A DNA stretch of 34,583 nt from a virus (Duplodnaviria > Caudoviricetes), in IMG/VR virus record IMGVR_UViG_3300048998_000035, positions 1 through 34,583 of that record; one strand, 5' to 3'. Below the pieces are notes generated by a model, which searched no databases, was not told the DNA's origin, and saw only the letters and a program-made list of their open reading frames with translations. Of the stretch, positions 7,485 to 13,792 are shown piece after piece. The translations under genes and the position numbers were made by a program. The first letter of the stretch is position 1. Every line of letters begins with the position of its first letter.

Positions 7485-7733
7485 ATGCAGGGCGAAGCCA
7501 GCATTGAGGACGAAAAAAACCGGATCGAGAAAGCTTTACTCGACCCGGCCACATCACCAGATACTTACTGTTATATGTATGCTGCTAGGCAGGCGCTAGC
7601 TTGGGTTTTGGACGAAAGAATCGCCGCTAAGCCATACGATGTAATAATGGATGGAAAAGTGCAGCCCTTGATTAGGGGCACTCAGGAAGCTCAAGAAGGT
7701 TGTCCGGTTGCTCACCATCAGCAACTGTCTTGA
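7485..7733 (+). CDS. Hypothetical protein convergent with the DUF3892 gene
   Basis: TAAGGAGG RBS; helical core MYAARQALAWVLD; 62-nt 3' overlap with DUF3892 ORF. Confidence 0.6.
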   Translation: MQGEASIEDEKNRIEKALLDPATSPDTYCYMYAARQALAWVLDERIAAKPYDVIMDGKVQPLIRGTQEAQEGCPVAHHQQLS

Positions 7734-7953
7734 GATACTTATTGCCGTACCGGCTAGTAGCGACGACTACAGCAACCGTTCGTCCGCCGCGAGTGACATG
7801 AAATGAATATTTACCACTTTCAATGTCTGCAATTGCATCGGGTTGTGATAACTTCCAGCGATTGCCGTTTGGGTTAATTCCGCCAATGGATTTGATTCTT
7901 TCATGGGCGTCGTAGCGATTTGTTTTATTGATACATTTTATTTCAATAGACAT
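7672..7953 (-). CDS. DUF3892-family protein
   Basis: IKCINK...HERIKSIGG...RWKLS...AIADIESG...KYLKTVADGEQPDNLLELPECP. Confidence 0.85.
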   Translation of the reverse strand: MSIEIKCINKTNRYDAHERIKSIGGINPNGNRWKLSQPDAIADIESGKYSFHVTRGGRTVAVVVATSRYGNKYLKTVADGEQPDNLLELPECP

Positions 7954-8074
7954 TTATTTACTTTCTGAAGTTGATGAAATGCTCTCTCGCCTAGCCGCCA
8001 AGCATTGGGCGAGAGAGCATGTAAATTTTACTGTGTTTTATGATCCGAAACTCAGCATTCATTTTTCAGAAATG

Positions 8075-8095
8075 AAAAAGGCCCCGAGTGGGGCC
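8075..8095 (-). terminator. Intrinsic terminator
   Basis: GGCCCC-ACTC-GGGGCC followed by TTTTT on the minus strand. Confidence 0.7.
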
Positions 8096-8108
8096 AATGG
8101 TGGGCAAT

Positions 8109-8131
8109 AAAAAACCCGCACTAGGCGGGTT
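8109..8131 (-). terminator. Intrinsic terminator ending the cargo cassette
   Basis: ACCCGC-CTAGT-GCGGGT followed by a T-run on the minus strand. Confidence 0.8.
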
Positions 8132-8149
8132 AAGAAGGGGATTGGGGGC

Positions 8150-8281
8150 TTACCTGTGCGGCTTATTTAAGAAGTCGATTAGCACTCTCGGTATTGCCAT
8201 GACAATATCAAACGTTAAGCGGATAGCGCCTTTGAATCCGTAGATAAACGATTCTAAGTATTGGTTTTTTAATTGTTTCAT
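8150..8281 (-). CDS. 43-aa amphipathic peptide MKQLKNQYLESFIYGFKGAIRLTFDIVMAIPRVLIDFLNKPHR
   Basis: Own translation; ATGA overlap with the upstream ORF; ends just before the terminator. Confidence 0.6.
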   Translation of the reverse strand: MKQLKNQYLESFIYGFKGAIRLTFDIVMAIPRVLIDFLNKPHR

Positions 8282-8403
8282 AGCCAGTGGAAGCCTTTGG
8301 CTAACATAGCAGCCAATAATCCGGCAAACATAATCATGAAGCCGATAATTTTTCGGGTAAAAAATTTGAATTCTTCATGAACCCAACTTGACCCGTTTTT
8401 CAT
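8278..8403 (-). CDS. 41-aa single-TM peptide MKNGSSWVHEEFKFFTRKIIGFMIMFAGLLAAMLAKGFHWL
   Basis: Own translation; ATGA overlaps on both sides; same C-terminal LAKGFHWL as the upstream gene. Confidence 0.7.
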   Translation of the reverse strand: MKNGSSWVHEEFKFFTRKIIGFMIMFAGLLAAMLAKGFHWL

Positions 8404-8747
8404 AACCAATGGAAACCTTTAGCTAGCAAATAAGCGAGTCCAAGGGCGGTGGATATAATCATTCCGCCTAAAATTAAGAAGTGAGTATCAACCTTACCTC
8501 GAAGGTCTTTAAAGTCTTTTTTTAGATCGCCAATGTCTGACTTTATGGTTGGAAGCTCAGAATCAAGCCGTTGCTTAATGGCGCTCACGTCCACCCGCAG
8601 GGCGGTAACGTGCTCGTCTAGCTTATCAACTCGTTTAGTTAGGGCTTCCATATCGCCTCCTCCGCCATCTCCTGGCGGCAACTTGGGCGGTCTGCCGTCA
8701 CCCAAGAAATTGTTAAGCCGTGACTTAATAATATCAGGGGTGCTCAT
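8400..8747 (-). CDS. Coiled-coil protein with C-terminal TM anchor (CCDC90/DUF1640-like architecture)
   Basis: PPGDGGGGDM linker, heptad coil, IKSDIGDLK, TM helix ending LAKGFHWL. Confidence 0.8.
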   Translation of the reverse strand: MSTPDIIKSRLNNFLGDGRPPKLPPGDGGGGDMEALTKRVDKLDEHVTALRVDVSAIKQRLDSELPTIKSDIGDLKKDFKDLRGKVDTHFLILGGMIISTALGLAYLLAKGFHWL

Positions 8748-9034
8748 TTTTTGCTCTCCGATGTTTCCGGTGGGTTATTTTCAAGCCATGCCTGTATGGG
8801 CACAAGTGCATGGCTGCGCAAATTAAAACAGTTAGTACAAGCAAGCGTCAAGATTGGCAGCGTTGGGGGCGGTAAGTCTATATCGCCATTAATTTTCACA
8901 ATAAGCGGTGACAAAACATGTCCCTCTGGTGGCTCAATTAAAGTCCATTGATTTTGTCCGCAGACGTTACAGGGGCCGGAAATGCCTTTTTTTTCGTAAA
9001 ATAACTTTATTTCTTCAATGGTTATATTAGCCAT
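8744..9034 (-). CDS. Zinc-ribbon protein
   Basis: CNVCGQNQW ... LACTNCF; GAGGGA RBS; ATGA overlap with the next gene. Confidence 0.8.
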   Translation of the reverse strand: MANITIEEIKLFYEKKGISGPCNVCGQNQWTLIEPPEGHVLSPLIVKINGDIDLPPPTLPILTLACTNCFNLRSHALVPIQAWLENNPPETSESKK

Positions 9035-9049
9035 TATTCCCTCGGTAAG

Positions 9050-9232
9050 TTATTTTTGAATCACCCCACAAGCCGGACTCCAAACCCTGCCACAGCGCTT
9101 ACAGCGGAACAACCGCCCACATTCAATAGACTCACTATGATATTTCCACTTGTGGCGTAGGAGGCGGCAGAGGAGGGGGTTAAGGAATGCGCGGCCTGGG
9201 TTACCTATTTTGAAAAACCTTTCATTGCCCAA
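9050..9232 (-). CDS. Possible small Cys/His protein (DUF1660-like)
   Basis: LCRLLRHKW...CKRCG pattern; start uncertain and overlapping the upstream gene. Confidence 0.4.
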   Translation of the reverse strand: MGNERFFKIGNPGRAFLNPLLCRLLRHKWKYHSESIECGRLFRCKRCGRVWSPACGVIQK

Positions 9233-9414
9233 GCCATGAAATTGAAAAACGCCATATATCCAGCTGTAAATAAAATCAATCCACCAATCATTTTCAGTAA
9301 TGAGGAATGCGAATCTTCAAACATTACCGTTATGGCGACAAGCCATGTAATCGTTAAAAAAACATAAGAAAGACGCCTAAGTCCTCTTTCCCAATTGAAG
9401 CTAGATAAACTCAT
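9205..9414 (-). CDS. Two-TM membrane protein (MSLSSFNWERGLRRL...)
   Basis: GAGGG RBS before ATG 9414; two hydrophobic helices. Confidence 0.75.
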   Translation of the reverse strand: MSLSSFNWERGLRRLSYVFLTITWLVAITVMFEDSHSSLLKMIGGLILFTAGYMAFFNFMAWAMKGFSK

Positions 9415-9426
9415 TTTTCCCTCGTT

Positions 9427-9448
9427 AAAAAGCCCGCTTTCGCGGGCT
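9427..9448 (-). terminator. Intrinsic terminator
   Basis: AGCCCGC-GAAA-GCGGGCT followed by TTTT on the minus strand. Confidence 0.75.
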
Positions 9449-9460
9449 GGTTGATTGGCG

Positions 9461-9757
9461 CTAAAACCCGTTGTGGTTGTATAACTGTAGTGGTAGCTGC
9501 TGGGGGCTTCGTCTTGGTTGGGTTGATGGTTGAATCGGCGCAATAGAGTAATCATTGGGTTTATAGCCAGGTTGCCCTGTATAGGGATTAACATTTCCCC
9601 TAGTCGAATAATTATCCGATGTAGTTTGATTTGCATCGGTTTGGAAGTATGGCGCAACATAAGTGCCATCTTTTTTAACGTAGCCATTAACCAGCTTAAC
9701 CGCAAAAACGGCGCTAGAGGCTATGGACAATCCAAGCAGTAATGCGAGTTTCTTCAT
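9461..9757 (-). CDS. Secreted small protein with GYxxxDGTYV...DNYSTxGNxNPYTG motif
   Basis: Sec signal MKKLALLLGLSIASSAVFA; VNGYVKKDGTYVAPY...DNYSTRGNVNPYTGQPG; GAGGGAG RBS. Confidence 0.8.
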   Translation of the reverse strand: MKKLALLLGLSIASSAVFAVKLVNGYVKKDGTYVAPYFQTDANQTTSDNYSTRGNVNPYTGQPGYKPNDYSIAPIQPSTQPRRSPQQLPLQLYNHNGF

Positions 9758-9804
9758 GTTATGTCTCCCTCGTTCCAGCCCACTTAAGGCGGGGCTGGTT
9801 GGCC

Positions 9805-10053
9805 TTATTCTCTTTCTCGCTCTCTGCACATTTGCCCAAGAGCATCATGTAAATCATCAACCAAAGCGCGGGTGTATCGTGGATTGCGATGACATTCACC
9901 CGCAGCATTTACAATAAATCTTCTGCCCTTATAAATTGCGGCAAAGGCAAGCCCAATGACTTGCCCGTTTTTTGCGTGCTCAAGTAATTCAGATAGACAT
10001 TGAATGGTGTCCGTGGATAAGGTGTCCGGGACTAGGCGAAAAGGAGGCTTCAT
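9805..10053 (-). CDS. Hypothetical protein translationally coupled to the repressor
   Basis: ATGA overlap with the cI stop; globular-looking 82 aa. Confidence 0.8.
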   Translation of the reverse strand: MKPPFRLVPDTLSTDTIQCLSELLEHAKNGQVIGLAFAAIYKGRRFIVNAAGECHRNPRYTRALVDDLHDALGQMCRERERE

Positions 10054-10613
10054 TTTTTACCTTGATTTTTATTGTTTTCGTCTGGCAATGGCGGTTCTAC
10101 CTCCTTTGGCTTTATTGATTGCCAGCGATTATTTTGGCCAATCTGCACATCAACCTCACCAGACCTAAGGTTTTGCTCAAATTGCTTTTCCCACTCCCAA
10201 TACACTGAATCTTCCGTTATTGGCTTAATGGAATCTCGCAAGTAAACGGGCAATTTTTCCGTTATTGCTCGCAATTGTTCTGTTTTTTTGAAAACATAAT
10301 ATTTCCAACCGCTTGGTAACTTTCTCCAGTTCTCAAGTAGCTCCAATTCTCGCTTTTGCTCTTCGGTGGGTTCTGGTTGTTTTACTTCTACAGGCTCATC
10401 CAAGCACATTAGATATGCCGGACTTTCTTCTAGAATCTTTGCAAGGCAAATGATTTCAGCAACACCAGGGGTTCTGGTTCCCTGTTCGTAGTTTCCAATC
10501 GCCGCCTTGGTTAGCAGTCCATTGGTTTTTTCCGCTAGTTTGGCTTGGCTTAAGCCTTTGAATTTTTGCCTTGCCTTGAAAATTCTCGTACCGATTTCTT
10601 TCGCGTAATCCAT
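10050..10613 (-). CDS. cI: CI-like XRE repressor, 187 aa, no recognisable S24 peptidase domain
   Basis: Start moved to MDYAKEIGTRI; HTH GLSQAKLAE...KAAIGNYEQGTRTP...LAKILEESPAYL; divergent from cro with operators between. Confidence 0.88.
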   Translation of the reverse strand: MDYAKEIGTRIFKARQKFKGLSQAKLAEKTNGLLTKAAIGNYEQGTRTPGVAEIICLAKILEESPAYLMCLDEPVEVKQPEPTEEQKRELELLENWRKLPSGWKYYVFKKTEQLRAITEKLPVYLRDSIKPITEDSVYWEWEKQFEQNLRSGEVDVQIGQNNRWQSIKPKEVEPPLPDENNKNQGKK

Positions 10614-10620
10614 AAGCCGA

Positions 10621-10626
10621 ATCTTA
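10621..10626 (-). promoter_or_regulatory. pRM-like -10 element (probably leaderless cI mRNA)
   Basis: TAAGAT 7 nt upstream of the cI ATG, no SD sequence, poor -35. Confidence 0.55.
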
Positions 10627-10648
10627 TTTACTTTTATCCGGTATGTGG

Positions 10649-10696
10649 TACACGAGTAGTGTACAAATGGCTTTGCAAAAGAACACAGATCGTGTA
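10649..10696. promoter_or_regulatory. OR operators, two copies of WACAC-N5-GTGTW
   Basis: TACACgagtaGTGTA 10649-10663 and AACACagatcGTGTA 10682-10696. Confidence 0.85.
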
Positions 10697-10700
10697 TATT
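10672..10700 (+). promoter_or_regulatory. pR-like promoter
   Basis: TTTGCA/TTGCAA (10672-10678) and TATATT (10695-10700), 7 nt before the cro ATG. Confidence 0.65.
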
Positions 10701-10707
10701 ATTTCGC

Positions 10708-10911
10708 ATGAACTTACCAGAATACATTGAAAAAATTGGCGATGATGCCGCTGCCGTGCTTTTTGGTGTAAAGCCACGCACGGCTAAAAGTTGGCGTTTG
10801 GGGGATAGGTTCCCAAGACCAAAACAAGCGCAATTCATAGTTGAAGCCTCAAAAGGTGAAGTGACTATGGATGGAATATATGAACGGCCTCCATCCCAGG
10901 CCGCCGCATGA
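10708..10911 (+). CDS. cro: Cro-like HTH protein
   Basis: GDDAAAVLFGVKPRTAKSWRLGDRFPRP...IVEASKGEVT (N15 Cro/YdaS-like); position opposite cI. Confidence 0.85.
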   Translation: MNLPEYIEKIGDDAAAVLFGVKPRTAKSWRLGDRFPRPKQAQFIVEASKGEVTMDGIYERPPSQAAA

Positions 10912-11072
10912 GAATCCAAATAACAAACATCGGCCAGCGCTTCCGGGTAATTCCGCAATGTCATGCGACGCGGGGTAATTCCGGCATACACGCCTATCTT
11001 TTATGGTTCGGCGTTTACGTCGGCATTCATCTTCACGTAGCTGCGAAGACTCAGCGGAAGCGTGCCGCATGA
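10908..11072 (+). CDS. 54-aa hypothetical protein (MRIQITNIGQRF...)
   Basis: Own translation; ATGA overlap with cro. Confidence 0.45.
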   Translation: MRIQITNIGQRFRVIPQCHATRGNSGIHAYLLWFGVYVGIHLHVAAKTQRKRAA

Positions 11073-11297
11073 CTACTTCGCCCGAAATCCTGCAACGATC
11101 TTATCGACCATATCAATCTGAAGGTCGGAGTACATCGATAGAAAGAATCGTTCCTTTATGTCGATTGGGTGCAGCCGGGCGACTGCTGCTGGTGTTACAG
11201 CGTAGAGCTCTTTCAGCAGAATTTCGTGCGCAACGATTTGCGCTTGCAGGCTCTCGATTGCTAGGGCGAGTCGCCTTACTGTGTCCATTCGTTTCAT
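11073..11297 (-). CDS. Antisense-oriented hypothetical protein in the cro-cII interval
   Basis: AGGA RBS; helical composition more protein-like than the overlapping + strand ORF. Confidence 0.55.
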   Translation of the reverse strand: MKRMDTVRRLALAIESLQAQIVAHEILLKELYAVTPAAVARLHPIDIKERFFLSMYSDLQIDMVDKIVAGFRAK

Positions 11298-11326
11298 ATA
11301 AATCCTATTTAGTTGTCCCTCCGTTA

Positions 11327-11356
11327 CCGGTGGCGTCTCTCGTCACCGGATTTTTT
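11327..11356 (+). terminator. tR1-like terminator
   Basis: CCGGTGGCG-TCTCT-CGTCACCGG-A-TTTTTT. Confidence 0.65.
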
Positions 11357-11415
11357 CCGGCTCCGCCGTAAAACGCATTTCCCGCTGTTCCGTCACATAG
11401 CCAAAAAAGCAAACG

Positions 11416-11640
11416 ATGGGAGGGGTAGTGCAAGACATTGAAGTGAGAACACGCAAAGAGAAGAAATTAGGACGCATCCCAGAGATTCGAGTTGAAGAGT
11501 CTCTTGAGTTGGCGTTATCACGTCGTGCAAATTTTGAGGGCCGTACTTTAACTAATTACGTAGCTCACATCTTGCGGCTCCACATGTACGGAGTTACCGG
11601 TACCGCAACTATAGAAGCAGGCGAAGAGGACGACCAGTAA
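11416..11640 (+). CDS. Ribbon-helix-helix-like regulator at the cII position
   Basis: PEIRVEESLELALSRRANFEGRTLTNYVAHIL is an RHH pattern; true start may be GTG after GGAGG. Confidence 0.65.
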   Translation: MGGVVQDIEVRTRKEKKLGRIPEIRVEESLELALSRRANFEGRTLTNYVAHILRLHMYGVTGTATIEAGEEDDQ

Positions 11641-11676
11641 TCGTTTGTACAATTTTGCCCAGGGATGAATTGAATA

Positions 11677-12111
11677 ATGAAAATCGAACTAGAGCTAGAC
11701 GAGACAACTGAAGCGGTTTTTGCTGCTGAATCGCAGGTCACCGGAATACCTATCGAACGGTTGATTGGTGACTTTTTGGATGCGCATGCAAACAAGCAAG
11801 TGAGATTGCATCACACGATGTTTCTGTTAATCGAAGAGAGGCAAGCGAAGGGCGCATTACCGCGTCAGCCACCGATAACGAAAGCGGTTCGGCAATTTGT
11901 ATTTGCTTCCAGTAACGGGCACTGCGTCTATTGCAAGGTGAAGCTTGATCCGCTCGGCTCATGGTGTGTCGATCATTACATTCCCAAATCAAAGGGCGGC
12001 TCCAATGACCCATCAAATCTTGTTGCCGCGTGTAGGCAATGCAATGAATCCAAGGGATCAAAGATGCCCGAGGATGTTGTATGGATAAATTCGGGTAAAC
12101 CAAGCGCCTAG
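11677..12111 (+). CDS. HNH endonuclease with RHH-like N-terminus
   Basis: CVYC...VDHYIPKSKGGSNDPSNLVAACRQCNESKG. Confidence 0.9.
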   Translation: MKIELELDETTEAVFAAESQVTGIPIERLIGDFLDAHANKQVRLHHTMFLLIEERQAKGALPRQPPITKAVRQFVFASSNGHCVYCKVKLDPLGSWCVDHYIPKSKGGSNDPSNLVAACRQCNESKGSKMPEDVVWINSGKPSA

Positions 12112-12113
12112 CC

Positions 12114-12239
12114 ATGCGCCGCCTCACCTACCGCGACATAGTAAAGATCATCGTATTGTCGATTTGTAGAGTGGCGCTTACCGGGATTATCTGGCTCTAC
12201 ACGATCTACGAAGTAATAAAAGGGAGAAAAACAAAATGA
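12114..12239 (+). CDS. 41-aa membrane peptide (MRRLTYRDIVKIIVLS...)
   Basis: Own translation; hydrophobic; ATGA overlap with the next ORF. Confidence 0.5.
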   Translation: MRRLTYRDIVKIIVLSICRVALTGIIWLYTIYEVIKGRKTK

Positions 12240-12409
12240 GTATCGCTGAGTACGTTCTATACCGATTAGCCGGAATCGGAGCGTTGGTAATTGTTCTAGC
12301 GTTTCTACCGATTCGCGGATCGAGGGGATACCCAAAGATTAAGGACGAATTCAGGCTCGATAAGCAGGCGCAAGCGGATTTGAATCGTCGTCGTTCGGGG
12401 AAGTGGTGA
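12236..12409 (+). CDS. 57-aa membrane-anchored protein (MSIAEYVLYRLAGIGALVIVLAFL...)
   Basis: Own translation; GGGAG RBS; TGATG overlap with the methyltransferase. Confidence 0.55.
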   Translation: MSIAEYVLYRLAGIGALVIVLAFLPIRGSRGYPKIKDEFRLDKQAQADLNRRRSGKW

Positions 12410-13053
12410 TGAAACGTCCTCGCGCTCTTGATCTGTTTTGCGGGCAAGGCGGCGCATCGATGGGGCTTTTTCTGGCTGGTTTCGATGTGACCGGAATTGA
12501 TATTAATCCGCAGCCTCGTTATCCATTTAAGTTTATTCAGGGTGATGCGCTCAATCCGCCGGTAGATTTAAGTGAGTTCGATTTCATATGGGCTAGCCCT
12601 CCGTGCCAAGCCTCGTCGATCGCATCCCTTGTCCAACGCAATAAGGGCAAGGTCTATCCGCAATTAATTCCACAAACACGAGAGCTGCTAGTTAATTCAG
12701 GAAAGCTTTATTGCATCGAAAATGTGCCTGGCGCCCCATTAATAAATCCATATCGCCTATGCGGAACAAATTTCAACTTGAAAGTGTTCCGTCATCGATT
12801 ATTTGAAACGTCATTCCCGTTGGCGGTTCCGACCTGCACGCACAAAGGTAAAAAAATCGGCGAAGGTTATTTCTCAATTGCCGGTGGCGCAGGACGGTGG
12901 AAATCATGGGGAACCGTGCATCGAGATATTAATAAGGGATCGGTTGATGAGTGGCGTGACGCAATGGGAATTGATTGGATGTGTCGCAAGGGCCTTACGC
13001 AAGCCATTCCTCCTGCTTATTCAGAATTCATAGGAAAGGCGGCTCTCGCATGA
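12409..13053 (+). CDS. Compact DNA cytosine-C5 methyltransferase
   Basis: Motif I LDLFCGQGG, motif IV WASPPCQ, motif VI IENV, terminal QAIPPAY. Confidence 0.9.
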   Translation: MKRPRALDLFCGQGGASMGLFLAGFDVTGIDINPQPRYPFKFIQGDALNPPVDLSEFDFIWASPPCQASSIASLVQRNKGKVYPQLIPQTRELLVNSGKLYCIENVPGAPLINPYRLCGTNFNLKVFRHRLFETSFPLAVPTCTHKGKKIGEGYFSIAGGAGRWKSWGTVHRDINKGSVDEWRDAMGIDWMCRKGLTQAIPPAYSEFIGKAALA

Positions 13054-13262
13054 TCCGCGCTCTCCTCCTCCTATGCCTCACAGGTTGCGTCCAAACGCAG
13101 ACCATAGAACAAAAGCTAGACGCGGCAATATTTGCGGCGAAAAAGAATGAATTCTTAGCTTCGCATAACTGCACATTCATCTATGGTGATTCGTGGAAGT
13201 GCTCAAGCTTGCCGGGATTCTGCATCATCCGCGAAAACGAAATTGGATGCGTGCCGCAATGA
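13050..13262 (+). CDS. Small lipoprotein
   Basis: MIRALLLLCLTG-C lipobox; ATGA overlaps on both sides. Confidence 0.65.
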   Translation: MIRALLLLCLTGCVQTQTIEQKLDAAIFAAKKNEFLASHNCTFIYGDSWKCSSLPGFCIIRENEIGCVPQ

Positions 13263-13792
13263 GTATGTCATCACATCAATCTGCACGCATGAAAAACGAC
13301 GAGTGGTTAACGCCACCAGAAATAATTGAAGCTTTAGGATCTTATTGCTCATTTGATTTAGACCCATGTAGCCCAATAAAACGACCGTGGCCAACGGCAA
13401 TGCACCATTTCACCAAAGAAGATGATGGCTTATCCAAAGAATGGTTGGGTAACGTTTGGATGAATCCCCCGTTTGGCCGCGAAGCAATTAAATGGATGCG
13501 CAAGATCGCAAGTCACGGTCAGGGTATCGCCTTGCTCGCTGTACGCAGCGAAACCAGTTTATTTTTTGAGTGCGTATGGCCTAAAGCGGACGCAATTCTA
13601 TTTATCAAAGGCCGGCCGCATTTTCATTATGTTGATGGGACCAGGGCGAAATTTAATTCGGGCGCGCCAATTTGCCTTATAGCTTATGGCGCTGAAAATC
13701 ATGTGGCATTAAACAACAGCGGTCTAGGGGCAGTGATTCCCGTGAAAGGCATCCATTCATCGCCGTCAATTGTGCAAGTAGAGGCGGAGTAG
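13259..13792 (+). CDS. Phage DNA N6-adenine methyltransferase (phage Dam-like)
   Basis: DEWLTPP, FDLDPCS, DGLSKEW, VWMNPPFG. Confidence 0.9.
   Translation: MSMSSHQSARMKNDEWLTPPEIIEALGSYCSFDLDPCSPIKRPWPTAMHHFTKEDDGLSKEWLGNVWMNPPFGREAIKWMRKIASHGQGIALLAVRSETSLFFECVWPKADAILFIKGRPHFHYVDGTRAKFNSGAPICLIAYGAENHVALNNSGLGAVIPVKGIHSSPSIVQVEAE

Noticed and set aside
10614-10991. N-terminal 126-aa extension of the repressor in the ORF track
   Set aside because: It overlaps cro and the operators on the opposite strand; the HTH begins right after ATG 10613
11003-11371. Plus-strand 122-aa ORF after cro
   Set aside because: Arg/Ser-rich shadow-like composition, runs through a terminator hairpin and overlaps a better minus-strand ORF; not fully excluded
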